64,000 nucleotides of DNA from Candidatus Heimdallarchaeum endolithica (GCA_021513715.1 CP084167.1:736001-800000), one strand, 5' to 3'. Positions 1-11,251 are shown, numbered from the stretch's first letter. Program-made: numbers and translations. The notes: a model not told the origin generated them from the sequence alone.

Positions 1-487
1 TCCCAGGAGCTCCTTCTTTTCTTCTTAACTCCCATCCTGTTTGGTAAAGACCTATTACATCACCCAATCCTCCTCCTTCTATCACCTCTGCAATATGTGC
101 TATTTGGAAGATTTTCTCTTTAGACAATCCTAAATCGAAAAATTCATTTAAACAAAAGGACAAACTTAATGCTCCAGCTGCACTTGCTCCAAATCCTGAA
201 GAAAGAGGAATTTCAAAAGAATGTAAAACGTTCACCCCTAAAGTTTGAGCTTCAACATTCAATAACTTTTCATACTGATTCAGGACATTTTCACTAACTT
301 TTGCTTCTTTTTTTTCAACACCATCAAAATAGATGTGATTCCCTTTTTCAGAGTCCTCAATTTCCGTTATCACTCCTCGATTGATCGAAAATCCTGCACC
401 TTTAGAACCTATATATAACGGGTCAGTTTGATTATCACATATTTCAAAAATTCCTGTAATATGCCCAGCTACCCAGTATTTTACCAA
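1..487 (-). CDS. Pantoate kinase (GHMP kinase family), truncated by window edge
   Basis: Not in ORF track. Manual translation from TTG 487: MVKYWVAGHITGIFEI...GSKGAGFSI...EIPLSSGFGASAAGAL...AHIAEVIEEGGLGDVIG, with GHMP motif PxxxGFGxSAA; adjacent to ketopantoate reductase. Confidence 0.9.
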   Translation of the reverse strand, partial: MVKYWVAGHITGIFEICDNQTDPLYIGSKGAGFSINRGVITEIEDSEKGNHIYFDGVEKKEAKVSENVLNQYEKLLNVEAQTLGVNVLHSFEIPLSSGFGASAAGALSLSFCLNEFFDLGLSKEKIFQIAHIAEVIEGGGLGDVIGLYQTGWELRRKEGAPG

Positions 488-527
488 ATTCTATCAATCC
501 TTTCATTATTATCTTTTCATTAACTTT

Positions 528-1535
528 CTAAAGTTTTACAACTGATGGAATGGCTTTTAGTTCTATTATTCCTTGTTCTCTCGTTATTTTCTTCGTCTCT
601 AACTCAATTATTAGGTTTACTAAATAGTTATTAAGTGGGAGAGTTAAACCGAGATTTTTTCCTAAGTGAATTATTGCACCATTGATATTTTCAATTTCTG
701 TTTTTACTCCTTTATTAATATCTTGAAGCATACTGCAATAGTTTTCAGAGGTTGTTTTCATCACATTAAGAACTTTGTCATATGCTTGTTCAAAAGATAT
801 TTCAACAAATTCTTGAGCAACAGGAAGAATCTCCTTTATTATACCTTTAACAACTTTTAGTAAGAATTCATTTTCCTTGATTTTTCCATTTTTAACTCCT
901 AAAATTGCTCCAATAGGATTTATACATGAATTGACTATTGCTTTCATCCAAATCTCTTTTTGAATATTTTTAGATATTTCACAATCTAACCCCGATTTAT
1001 TTAATATCTCTTTCCAAAGAAGTATATTTGTTTGATTAGAATGATTTACAGGACCAATAAAAGTTTGACCTTTTGCTGTTTCTTCAATTATATTACCATC
1101 TTTTCTATTTGAACCTATAGAAGAAACTGCCCTAGTTATTTTCCATTTAGGATTAGCTTTAAAATAAAATTTTTCATTTTCCAACCCATTCTGAAAAATA
1201 AGAATTGAAGCTTCCTCAGATAATATTTCAGCTAAATATGGAGCAAGAATTTTATTATTATAACTTTTTGTGGCCACAATACATTTTGATATTTTACCTT
1301 TAAACTTTTCAGGTAATCTAGAATAAACATTAGGATAATAACGTTTTGGAGCAATATGTTCTGATAATTTCACAGATATTCCTTTTTCTAATGCTAGTTG
1401 AGTACCTCTTTCTGAAGTTAAACTTATACATTTGAAAATACCGAGAGAATCAATCCGAACATAAAGAACACTTCCAATTGCTCCAAGTCCAGCCACTAAA
1501 AGTAAAGGTTTGTTACTCACAGCTTTATAATTCAA
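528..1535 (-). CDS. panE: 2-dehydropantoate (ketopantoate) reductase
   Basis: GLGAIG Rossmann motif, ATKSY, FQNGL, WMKAIVN, SMLQD...KTEIENING. Confidence 0.9.
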   Translation of the reverse strand: MNYKAVSNKPLLLVAGLGAIGSVLYVRIDSLGIFKCISLTSERGTQLALEKGISVKLSEHIAPKRYYPNVYSRLPEKFKGKISKCIVATKSYNNKILAPYLAEILSEEASILIFQNGLENEKFYFKANPKWKITRAVSSIGSNRKDGNIIEETAKGQTFIGPVNHSNQTNILLWKEILNKSGLDCEISKNIQKEIWMKAIVNSCINPIGAILGVKNGKIKENEFLLKVVKGIIKEILPVAQEFVEISFEQAYDKVLNVMKTTSENYCSMLQDINKGVKTEIENINGAIIHLGKNLGLTLPLNNYLVNLIIELETKKITREQGIIELKAIPSVVKL

Positions 1536-1581
1536 TACATAATAAAAAATTTTTATTTAGATACTAAATATTAGTAAAAGA

Positions 1582-3681
1582 ATGAGTAATACTGATGAAA
1601 AAATAGAGATTTTTAATACACTTTTTTTAAAAATCAAAAAACACATACTAGAAAGCAACATAACTATAGAACTAAGATTAAACGAAAGAGAAGTATTGCT
1701 CAATTCATTTATTATTTCAATAAAGACACTTCTTGTTAGAGAATTGTTTTTTAAAGAAGGAAAAGGGGATATAGGAAAAAATATAGACTTATACCTTAAA
1801 TTCAAAGAAATAGATTACATTTTTAGAGAAATATTTATTGATAGTTATATTACAAAAACTGATTTAGAAATCATAAAAGAAAAATCAATCCAGAGAATAA
1901 TAACTCAATATATAGAAAATAAAGACTTGATAGTTCAAGATATTGCCGGAAAAGATCTATTTTCACAAATATATGAAAGAGCTCTCAGCAAAAGTGAAAA
2001 AAATCAGTTAGGTTTATTTTATACTCCAGAAACTATTGTTAACTTTATCTTAAACTTAGTAAAATACAACTCCAATTCAGATATTATAGACAAAAAAATA
2101 CTTGATCCCAGTTGTGGATCTGGAAGCTTTTTGGTTAAAACTGTGAATAGGTTATTAAAAGCGTTAAAAAGAGAAAAGTTGGATGAATGTAAAATATTAT
2201 TTAAGATTATAGATGCTGTTTTTGGAATGGACATCGATCCTATCGCAATTTTCCTTTCTAAAACTAATATCCTATTGCAAATTTTTCCATTATTTCTGGA
2301 ACTTTACAAAAAAAGAACTTTAACCCAATTTCCTTCTTTGAATATTTATTGTTTTGATTCTTTAAACAAAAAAAGCTATAACACTGACTCAATTCCTTTT
2401 AAGATAATAAATCGAAAAAATGAATTTATTTCTGGTTTTGACTTCGTTGTTGGAAATCCTCCTTACATCGAATCAAAAAAGATGAATATTGAAACAAAAA
2501 GAAAATGCAAAGAAAATTTTCCTGAAATTAGCAAAGGAGCTTTTGATATATATATATGCTTTATTCAGTTAGGTTTAGATTTACTTAATTGGAATGGAAA
2601 ATTAGGATTTATTATCCCAAACAAGTTTCTTTCTGCAAATTATTCTAAAGGACTAAGAAAAAGAATTATTTCTGAGTTTGATATTCTACATTTGGTAGAT
2701 CTTTCTTCTTCTAACATTTTTAAAGATGCAAGTGTATATCCAATAATTATTTCTATTAAGAAAAGGAAATTTAAGTTGGAAATAACAACAAATAATATTT
2801 TGATTAGTAAACTTGAAGGCCAAATTAAGAATATTGAAGAAATAAGAGGAATATCAATTGAACAATCTTTTTTTACAAAAACAGTGAACAACTTTATTTT
2901 CTCTTTTCCCAACGAGTTAAAGGAAGCTGAACTTGTTAAACGCTTAATCATAAAAAGCCCTTTAAAACTAGGAAACTTTCTAAAAATTAGATGGACAGTT
3001 TCTTTTCACAAGAAAGGGTTAAGAGAACAATTTGTTTTTACAAGAAATGAAGATGGTACATTTAGAAAAATCCTGGGAGGAAAGAAATTTGGAGGAAATT
3101 CTGAAGTTAAAAGATATATGATCCAGTGGAATGGATATTGGATTGACTATAATAGAGAAAAAGCAAAAGAGATGAATAATCCTTTTCCTCCTTTAAGATT
3201 ATTTAATAATGAAAAAATAATCATTTGCCAGAATAGTAAAAGAATAAGAGCTGTTCTCGACAAAGAAGGCTTTATATGTAAAGATATTTTCTTTGTAGGT
3301 AATACAACACAAAAAGCACATAATTCAGAAATTTCTTATGAAGTCATTTTATCTGTAATTAATAGTAAAATAATGAGTTATTTATATGATCGTATCTTTT
3401 CCAGCACTCATGTCTCTGGAAGATATTTACACTATTTACCTACCTATTTACACTCTCTTCCATTCCCCAAATTGTCTGAAGAGGAAAAAAAACAGTTACA
3501 TGAACTTTCAGAAAAAATAATGGAAAAAGAGATCACTGAAAACGAATTTATGAAAATAGATGAACAAATAGATAAGATTGTTTACAATGCTTTTAGGTTA
3601 GAAGATTATGAAATAGAAATAGTAGAAAAATTTGTTTCATCACATATGACTTTAAGAAAAACAAAAGATATTAGGAAATAA
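1582..3681 (+). CDS. N6-adenine DNA methyltransferase, Eco57I/TaqI-like (gamma class) with C-terminal specificity domain
   Basis: GLFYTP, LDPSCGSGSF (motif I), VVGNPPY (motif IV), GFIIPNKF; TaqI-C-like tail. Confidence 0.85.
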   Translation: MSNTDEKIEIFNTLFLKIKKHILESNITIELRLNEREVLLNSFIISIKTLLVRELFFKEGKGDIGKNIDLYLKFKEIDYIFREIFIDSYITKTDLEIIKEKSIQRIITQYIENKDLIVQDIAGKDLFSQIYERALSKSEKNQLGLFYTPETIVNFILNLVKYNSNSDIIDKKILDPSCGSGSFLVKTVNRLLKALKREKLDECKILFKIIDAVFGMDIDPIAIFLSKTNILLQIFPLFLELYKKRTLTQFPSLNIYCFDSLNKKSYNTDSIPFKIINRKNEFISGFDFVVGNPPYIESKKMNIETKRKCKENFPEISKGAFDIYICFIQLGLDLLNWNGKLGFIIPNKFLSANYSKGLRKRIISEFDILHLVDLSSSNIFKDASVYPIIISIKKRKFKLEITTNNILISKLEGQIKNIEEIRGISIEQSFFTKTVNNFIFSFPNELKEAELVKRLIIKSPLKLGNFLKIRWTVSFHKKGLREQFVFTRNEDGTFRKILGGKKFGGNSEVKRYMIQWNGYWIDYNREKAKEMNNPFPPLRLFNNEKIIICQNSKRIRAVLDKEGFICKDIFFVGNTTQKAHNSEISYEVILSVINSKIMSYLYDRIFSSTHVSGRYLHYLPTYLHSLPFPKLSEEEKKQLHELSEKIMEKEITENEFMKIDEQIDKIVYNAFRLEDYEIEIVEKFVSSHMTLRKTKDIRK

Positions 3682-3830
3682 TTGACTGCAGATAGATACA
3701 AAACATTTGTTCTCATTTTTAAATAAAAAAATTGAATTTACTTTTGATAACTATTTAACTCACAACTCACATAAAACAAACAATGATAGTAGAGAGTTAT
3801 TTATTAAAAAAATAAATTAAGAAAGGGATA

Positions 3831-4881
3831 TTAGCCCATTTCTTTCTTAACTTTCTCTGTAATTTTATCCAAAAATTCTAATAGTGCAATTCCTAAGGTC
3901 ATTTTTTTTTGAGACAGATCAAGTAAAGAGATTGTTCTTCCTAAGGCAGTTTTTAGTATTTCAAGTATTCTAGTTTTTGATATGTTAATTTTTTCCCTAC
4001 TTTGAGACATAGCAAAAGAAATAATACAATCATTCTTGGTTTTCTTTATCAAGGTTTCTAGGTCATTGATTCTTATCTCTCTTTCTTTGTTATTTGAAAA
4101 GTTAACAAAGTAAAGTATTCCTGTTAAATTATCATTAAGGTATTTACTAATATTAAAACTTAGGCTATCTCTTTGTACGGCTGTGACCTTGATATTTGAT
4201 AATTTCAACTTGGTAACATCTTTTTCTCTTTCAAAAAATGTTACTATTTCACTATTAGACTCAAGAACAGTTTTTCCAATTATTTTGGTCATAACCTTGT
4301 CTGTTTCATAAATTAAGATATCAGTCTCTTTCTCTGAATAATTAGCTACATTGTACAATAGTTTTATACTTTTACCTATTACAACATTTGCTTCTTCTAA
4401 TTCTGACAACTTAAAACTAGTTTGTGATTTTATTAAAGATTCTTCAATAATTCTACTTAGATTAGCTAAATCTTTCTTTGAAATCTGATCGACATCTGTA
4501 AATAGAGATACCCAAGAGTCGATATCTTCTCTAACTTTTTCCCTTGCTTTTGCAATAAGAGCATCAAAAGAAGTAGGAAAGAATATAATTAAGAAAGCAT
4601 GAACAAGGTTTTCATGACCAACTACTCTTGAATCTTTTACAGAGTAATTCTTAATAGAAAAAGTATATAAAAAAGCAGGTATTCTGTATGATACGCTACT
4701 GGGAGATGACCATAAAGAGCTCCTTACTCTCACATATATTTAGGATAACAGAATAATAATTGGCAATGTTTAGTAAATCGTGATATGTAATATTTGGAAT
4801 TTTAGGATCGTGATAAACTTACATACCAAGGTCAGTGAAAGTACTTATAACAGAATAGAATTTGTTTCGTATATCTAACAT
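3831..4881 (-). pseudogene. Decayed hypothetical gene co-transcribed with the small GTPase
   Basis: ATG at 4881 (MLDIRNKFYSVISTFTDLGM*VYHDPK...KYM*E*GALYGHLPVAYHTEYLLF); three in-frame stops, then a frameshift near 4670 into ORF 3831..4733. Confidence 0.65.
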
Positions 4882-4886
4882 GTTTT

Positions 4887-5470
4887 TCACTTCCTTACTT
4901 TTACTTCTTCGATTTTACTTATTAACCAGCTCATTGCATCTTCAATGCCATAACCATATTTTGCTGAACTTGGAATAATGTTAAAAATTCTTCCTATTAG
5001 ATTGCTAAGATCATATTGTTCTACAGCTTATTGAACAGTAAGTGGATTTTCTTCTGTTAAATCTTGTTTATTGATAAGGATTAACAAAGGTTTTTGCTAT
5101 CTACTATTGATAGCATATAATCAAAAGAAAAACGAGAAATCTCAAAAGTATCACTATCAGAAGATGGTTTAACTGTTCCATCAATAACATAAATTATTAC
5201 ATCTGATTGAGAAACTCCCAAAGCCCATAAGCTTTCACGATAAAGATCTTGTCCATCTACATCAATTGCAGATAGTTCCCAATCAGCAATCTTCATTGGT
5301 TTTTGCCTAATATCGATACCTAGAGTTGTTCGAGGATTATCAAACACAGGTTGTCCTGTTTCTAAATATCTAACTAAAGTAGTTTTCCCTGCAACTGAAG
5401 CCCCCAAAAGAATAATATTTGCTTTTTTTGAAATGTTTTTCTTTAAAAAAATACTTCACAGCCAACTCAT
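4887..5470 (-). pseudogene. Arf/Sar-like small GTPase pseudogene
   Basis: MSWL*SIFLKK N-terminus, G1 GASVAGKTT, G2 TLG, altered G3 DVDGQ, frameshift in A5 near 5091-5095, then LILINKQD (G4), in-frame TAA, SSAKYG (G5), TGA at 4887-4889. Confidence 0.85.
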
Positions 5471-5625
5471 CAAGCTCAGTTAAAAAATCTAAAACCCTTT
5501 TAAAAACATTCTTTTATTCCAAAATACTACTGAAAAATTTCTGAGGTTACTTAAAATTTCTAAGAGAGTTTTCTTCTTATTTTAATCAGAAAAGGTTAAA
5601 ATTATAAAAAAATAAAATGTAATTA

Positions 5626-7356
5626 ATGTCAAAAAACCAAAACTCCCAACAGACAAACTTTAAACAAAAACAAGAACAAAATAATAAAGATAAAAGTTCT
5701 ACTGAAGAGAAAAGTCAAAAAAAAGAAAAATGGTTCATTAGATGGTTATTTAGTTTTTTGTCAGTTTTTTTTGCTATTATCTCATTGATAGGTAGTTTTA
5801 TCTTATTAATCTATGATATTTTTGTTCCTAGAACATTAAGAGAGCTAGTACCAATCCTAAATATGTTTAGAAAGTATATTCTAGTTGCTGCAGAGCTTTT
5901 TTCAGGTAAAAAAAGTAAAGAAGTAGCTAAAGTTGTTTCAGAACTAGAAGAAATAAAGATGAGAGAAGAAAAAATGATGAAAAACTATCCTATTCGTAGA
6001 GGGATAGGAGAAGCAATTAATCTTGGTTTGCATCCAGTAATCATTTTTGCCATTCCTACAGCGATTTGGGGAAAAAATCTTCATCAATTGTTTGAAGGTT
6101 GGGGAATTCCTGTTTCATTAGGAATCTTATTATTTGGAACAGGACTTTTATGTATTTCTTGGATTGCTACTATATTTGGACCTATTTATGCATTATTTCA
6201 TGAATGCAGTATTTTTATGCTCAAAAGAGGATCATACAGATGGGCAGAGTTTTTTCAAGATTTAGAAAATCTTTTTGCTTTACCTTATTACACTGCAAGG
6301 TCAAGTTTTAGTATTCTTGATGCGCCACCAATATCTGCAGAAACTTTGGAAGAATTTAAGTTAGATATAATGGATGATGTAGGAGAAATAAAAAGTAGGA
6401 TTGCAGATATTCTTTCTCTTGATGCTACTCAAGTCCCAGAAAGGTCCAAACAAATGTTACAAGAACTGCTAATTGAAACTCAACAATCTTTAGGTTCAAT
6501 AGATATATCTGAAATAAAAGAAGTTACTGCAAGACAATTTGCACTCCTCATTTGGAATAAAGAAGGGTCAATGTTTCCTTGGAGAAGAAATGAAGCATTA
6601 GAAGAGTTTGCAGAAAAAAATAATATGTCTGTAAAAGAAGCAAAGAAAACTATTCAACTTATCGTAAAAAAAGCATTAGAAGGATATACATCCAAAGATC
6701 TCTATTTTAGTATAATGATATCTGGAGCTCTAAAAGGAATTGCAGAACTAGAAGAAAAGTATAAGCAATTTATGAGTGACATAGAATACACTTCTACTGC
6801 ATTATCTCTATCTTTGGGAGCTCAACAATACATCTTAGATAGATTTACAGAAAAGCTTTTTTACAAAAAATTACTAAAAGTGATTGCAGACTTTTTTATA
6901 GCATTATTTTTACCATATGTAATGCTATTAATTGTTATTTTTAGATACTTTAAACACGTAGTAACCCAAACAATAAAAAATATAATTAGTATTAAAGATT
7001 TGAAGAAGAAAAGAATATTTAGAAACAAAGTAAAAGAAATTAAGGAAACTTTATCCAGTTCCTATTATTCTATTGGAGATAAAAAATTTAGCCTAAAAGA
7101 TGCTTTTGACATCGATTTTGGAGAATTTTTCAAAAAACTAGGAAAAGTAATAGTGAAAATTATTTTGCTAGTTCCTCTCCTCTTTTGGAGTTTTTTAAAA
7201 GCTATTTACATACGTATCCAGAAATTGTTGAGAAGAAGAACAGAAGAAGAAAAAAGCAAGAGAAAATTTGAGAAAGAATTAGCTACGAAAACTTTGGTTG
7301 CAATGTACGATGAACTTTATGAAAAAATCGTTTTAAGCAACTTGTACTACACATAA
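5626..7356 (+). CDS. Hypothetical multi-pass membrane protein
   Basis: 576-aa ORF with several hydrophobic helices; no family recognised. Confidence 0.7.
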   Translation: MSKNQNSQQTNFKQKQEQNNKDKSSTEEKSQKKEKWFIRWLFSFLSVFFAIISLIGSFILLIYDIFVPRTLRELVPILNMFRKYILVAAELFSGKKSKEVAKVVSELEEIKMREEKMMKNYPIRRGIGEAINLGLHPVIIFAIPTAIWGKNLHQLFEGWGIPVSLGILLFGTGLLCISWIATIFGPIYALFHECSIFMLKRGSYRWAEFFQDLENLFALPYYTARSSFSILDAPPISAETLEEFKLDIMDDVGEIKSRIADILSLDATQVPERSKQMLQELLIETQQSLGSIDISEIKEVTARQFALLIWNKEGSMFPWRRNEALEEFAEKNNMSVKEAKKTIQLIVKKALEGYTSKDLYFSIMISGALKGIAELEEKYKQFMSDIEYTSTALSLSLGAQQYILDRFTEKLFYKKLLKVIADFFIALFLPYVMLLIVIFRYFKHVVTQTIKNIISIKDLKKKRIFRNKVKEIKETLSSSYYSIGDKKFSLKDAFDIDFGEFFKKLGKVIVKIILLVPLLFWSFLKAIYIRIQKLLRRRTEEEKSKRKFEKELATKTLVAMYDELYEKIVLSNLYYT

Positions 7357-7357
7357 T

Positions 7358-8326
7358 TTAATCTGGGAGAAAATCAGGATAATAAACAAGTTCATCTAAA
7401 TCTCTTGGAGGAGCATGAGCTATGAAGCCATCTTGATAAGCTAAAGGGTAAAAGACTTGCACTTTAGAGTAAAGAGTAGGATAATCAATAATCATTACAA
7501 TTTTGTTCTCTTTTGTAAGTAATTTTAGCAGCGAAATAACTTCTCCAATAACTTTTTCAGGACGTCTGATATTATTTAAAAAATAAAGATCTTCTCTTCC
7601 AATTCCATCAATCGCTTCTCTATAACTATCATTTTCCAACAGTAGTTCTCCGTTTTGGGGAATAACTAAAAATCCTTGTTTCTTTGATTTTGCATAATCA
7701 CTGAGTGAAATAACAAAATCAATCATTTCTTCTTTAGCGGTAGGTCTTTCTTCTTCATAATATTCAAAAGCATCAATAATATCTAAATAACAACCATCAA
7801 AACCTGCAGCAATTATTCTATCTAAATAACTCTCATTTGTACCAAAAATGATTTTCTGCCAATCAAGATTCCAATATTTTACTTTATAATTACCCTCCCA
7901 GTCAGGGTTCTCAATATCTAGCCACTCAGGAGCATTATCATCTGGAACTCCATCATTATCTGCATCCCAATTATTATCCCAATAAAAACGATAAGTTTCA
8001 GCTTCTCCTATACTCATATAACTAAGAAGTATTTTTCTTTCATTTCCTTCTCTCATATACGTAACTTGGCTAAAATTATATTCTAGTTCTTCACTTCCAT
8101 CCGCTGAATAATCAATAATAATGAGGTCGTATTTAGAGTTAGAAATTTCATCAATATCAATATTTTGAAGCTGATAAGCAAAATCATTAACAATAAAACC
8201 ATTAACACTAAATTGTGGAGGTGTTTGAGGTTCAATATTAGGAACGTAAAAGAAATAAAAATACAATCCAGTAACTAGTAACAGAGAAACAATCAGAACT
8301 GTTAATAAAATTAAACTTTTTTTCAC
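7358..8326 (-). CDS. MJ1477/TM1410-family putative glycoside hydrolase (GH114-like), membrane anchored
   Basis: AYQLQN, SYMSIGEAETYRFYW, ENPDWEGNYKVKYW, GFDGCYLD, IPQNG; N-terminal TM helix. Confidence 0.85.
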   Translation of the reverse strand: MKKSLILLTVLIVSLLLVTGLYFYFFYVPNIEPQTPPQFSVNGFIVNDFAYQLQNIDIDEISNSKYDLIIIDYSADGSEELEYNFSQVTYMREGNERKILLSYMSIGEAETYRFYWDNNWDADNDGVPDDNAPEWLDIENPDWEGNYKVKYWNLDWQKIIFGTNESYLDRIIAAGFDGCYLDIIDAFEYYEEERPTAKEEMIDFVISLSDYAKSKKQGFLVIPQNGELLLENDSYREAIDGIGREDLYFLNNIRRPEKVIGEVISLLKLLTKENKIVMIIDYPTLYSKVQVFYPLAYQDGFIAHAPPRDLDELVYYPDFLPD

Positions 8327-8446
8327 AACAATAATATGGATAAAACCATTATTAAATTTTAAGAAAGATACTATTAACTTTTTATTATTTATATTTGAAT
8401 TGGAAAAAAAATAAGATATTTTAGATTATCAAAGGAAAGAGAATAG

Positions 8447-9775
8447 TTAATTTAAATTTATGTTTTCAACTTCTTCTGTTTCATAGTTTCCTTCTTTTAT
8501 TAAAAGTAGAAAGAATGTACCTATAAAGTAAATGGAACCAGTAAGGTAAAAAGCTAATTGGAAGTTAAATGGTTTGTTATATTTATTCAAAATTACTCCT
8601 CCAATGGGTTGACTAATACTGTTAAAAGCTGTAAAAGCCAAAGAATCAATAGCACTAAAAGTTGCTCTTTGATTAGAAGGTAAAAGATCCATTACTATTG
8701 CATTAATTAAAGGCCATCCTGAATTCATAAAAGCCTGTCTAAGGATATAGATAACTAGTACAATTGAGAAGGGAGGAATAAAAGCAAATCCAAAAATAAG
8801 TATGACCGCAATAAATTCTAAAAAGAAAACTGCTTTAGCACGTCCAAACCTTTTAGCAAACCTTAAAGCAATGGCTGAAAGAATGGCAGTTATTAAAGGA
8901 GCTAAGGAAAATATTAGTGTAAGTTCAGAAATTGATCGACCATAAATTGCTTCAAAAAAGCGTGGGAGAAAAGGAATAGAGATACCAGCTCCAAAAGCAA
9001 TTAGAAAGTCGGCTAGTACAATTATTAAAGGAGTTCTATAGAAAGATAATTTTTCTCTAAAAGTTTTACATTCTTTGTATTTAGATAGAATTAGAGCATC
9101 TTTTCTTTTTTCTTCTAAGATTTCTTCAGTTTCAATCTGATCTTTAGAGTGAATTGACCTTTTATCATGAATAAAGAAACCTAAAAATGCAGCAACAATT
9201 ATTACTGAAGCATATATCTTAATAACAGGAAGAATAACATCTTCAGAATATAAATCTCCTAAATACCTGTAAATAAAGAAACCTGCAACTCCACCAATAG
9301 CCGTACACAATTGTTGTATAATTGACATAATTGTAAAAATCTTTGTTCTTGTCCCTTTAGTTGTACAATCAGCAACCAAAGCTGAACCTGCAGGCATCAA
9401 TAAGGAATTTGCTAAGGCAAAAAGAAATTGAATAATGTAAAGATAAATGAGAGAATTAGCAAAAAAGTATATAACCATACCAATTATGAAAAGAAAGTTT
9501 GAAATCCAAATAAAAGCATCTCTTCTCCATTTATCAGAAAGAATACCAGAAACAATTAACCCAAGAATACCTACTAAACTAGTTGTCCCAAAAATCAAGC
9601 CAACATCAATATCTGTTCCCCCCCAAACATAAACTAAAAACAATGTAGAAATGTAGAAAGGGGTTTGCACTAATGAATAAATTGCAAATGCTCCGAAGTA
9701 AAGTTTCAAATTTAAATTTAAGTTTTTTAATAATTTAACTTGAGTTCTGAAATTTTCTCTTATCATTACATTCAA
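8447..9775 (-). CDS. MFS transporter
   Basis: ~12 TM helices; GILSDKWRR and AKRFGRAK motif-A-like loops. Confidence 0.85.
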   Translation of the reverse strand: MNVMIRENFRTQVKLLKNLNLNLKLYFGAFAIYSLVQTPFYISTLFLVYVWGGTDIDVGLIFGTTSLVGILGLIVSGILSDKWRRDAFIWISNFLFIIGMVIYFFANSLIYLYIIQFLFALANSLLMPAGSALVADCTTKGTRTKIFTIMSIIQQLCTAIGGVAGFFIYRYLGDLYSEDVILPVIKIYASVIIVAAFLGFFIHDKRSIHSKDQIETEEILEEKRKDALILSKYKECKTFREKLSFYRTPLIIVLADFLIAFGAGISIPFLPRFFEAIYGRSISELTLIFSLAPLITAILSAIALRFAKRFGRAKAVFFLEFIAVILIFGFAFIPPFSIVLVIYILRQAFMNSGWPLINAIVMDLLPSNQRATFSAIDSLAFTAFNSISQPIGGVILNKYNKPFNFQLAFYLTGSIYFIGTFFLLLIKEGNYETEEVENINLN

Positions 9776-9905
9776 CTCTTCGTTACTATAAAAATTTTAA
9801 TTGGTATAAAAATGTGTTTTAATATATGAAGTTTGACTTATTAACCAATTAATTAAAGCTTATAATTTATAATAATGATGACTTTTGCTTGCTCTAATTA
9901 TCCTT

Positions 9906-10064
9906 CTACTTTTGTAACCATATTTCTAAGGCTTCTCTAATAGTATCTAGTGCATCATCAATGTTTTCTACCACTTGATCCCTTTTTTCTAAAAAAGAGC
10001 AACTTATAAACAACAAATTGTCTTCATCTTTTGAAATTATAATAGGTAATTCTTCTAATTGCAT
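9906..10064 (-). pseudogene. HicB-like antitoxin fragment (52 aa)
   Basis: MQLEELPIIISKDEDNLLFISCSFLEKRDQVVENIDDALDTIREALEIWLQK resembles the HicB N-terminal domain but lacks the conserved P/G residues; no HicA partner seen. Confidence 0.5.
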
Positions 10065-10171
10065 ACCATTTGTATTAAATCAAGGTATTTAAACCTAAAT
10101 TAACCTACTCGAATTTGGATAGCCAAACTTAAATATTGTTATCTTTTGTGCTCAAATAACGAGGAATTAAA

Positions 10172-11251
10172 ATGGATTCGAGAAAAGGAGATAAAATCTA
10201 CGGTCCTATAATTGTTTCTGCAGCAAATGCAGCAAGATCTTTTGACGCACCAGTAAGGTATCCCCTTTTATTTAACTCTCCAGATGTATTTGTGAAACCT
10301 TTGGCTATGCCAAGAGCTTCATCATTCATCACTTTAATAGAGCATTTCTTAGGGATATTAATATTGCTACCATTTCTTCTAATAAAAAGAGGTACAAAAC
10401 AAGTTTTTAGCGTTTTCAAAGAGTTTGATAAAAGAGATTGGATTTCATTGATTTTCATTTCAGCAGGTGGCTCAGCATTAGGATTATTTTTCTTTCTTAT
10501 TTCATTAGGTTTAGGGAATCCTACTGTAGCTATATTAATTCAAAAGTCTCAACCATTAATTACACTAATTTTTGCTATTTTTATACTTAAAGAGAAACCA
10601 AGTTTGCGGTTCTATGTCGTATTAATACTTGCTGTAATAGGTATTGGTTTGATTGCTTTACCTGACATTTCAGATAGTGTTCAAACTTTTGAGTATACAG
10701 GACTAATAGCCATTTTGTGCTCACTTTTAGCAGCAGTTTTTTGGGGGGGTAGTACAGTATTTGGGCGAATTCTAACAAAGAAAGTTGATTACTGGAACTT
10801 GACTTTATTTAGATATATTGGAGGATTTTTCTTTTTACTAGTTTTTAATATTATTACTTTTACTTACAATTCTACCTATTTTGGACTGTTAACACAAAAA
10901 ATAAATGTCTTTGGTCATTATGTTGATGGAGCATTTGTTCCTTTAGATTGGCAGTGGATTGGAATCCTCTGTATTCTCTATGCGGCTATTCTTACAGGAG
11001 GAGTGCTTCCGTTAGCACTCTATTATTTTGGACTTACAAGATCAAAAGCTTCAGTTGCAGGATTAGCAGAACTAGCTTTTCCAATTCTATCAATTTTTAT
11101 AAATTATTATTTCCTTGGATTTGGATTAGAAACTATACAAATCATTGGAGCAGTAATACTATTAACAAGTGTTTCAACACTTTCTTATATCAACGCTAAG
11201 GAATTTGAACAAGAACAAAAGATACTCCAAGAACAAGAAAAAATGAAATAA
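10172..11251 (+). CDS. DMT/EamA family transporter
   Basis: ~10 TM helices in two repeats; QKSQP...FILKEK. Confidence 0.85.
   Translation: MDSRKGDKIYGPIIVSAANAARSFDAPVRYPLLFNSPDVFVKPLAMPRASSFITLIEHFLGILILLPFLLIKRGTKQVFSVFKEFDKRDWISLIFISAGGSALGLFFFLISLGLGNPTVAILIQKSQPLITLIFAIFILKEKPSLRFYVVLILAVIGIGLIALPDISDSVQTFEYTGLIAILCSLLAAVFWGGSTVFGRILTKKVDYWNLTLFRYIGGFFFLLVFNIITFTYNSTYFGLLTQKINVFGHYVDGAFVPLDWQWIGILCILYAAILTGGVLPLALYYFGLTRSKASVAGLAELAFPILSIFINYYFLGFGLETIQIIGAVILLTSVSTLSYINAKEFEQEQKILQEQEKMK

Noticed and set aside
3831-5470. Stop-codon readthrough or alternative genetic code
   Set aside because: Both TAA and TGA occur together with frameshifts and a G3 missense change, and other genes end normally on these codons.
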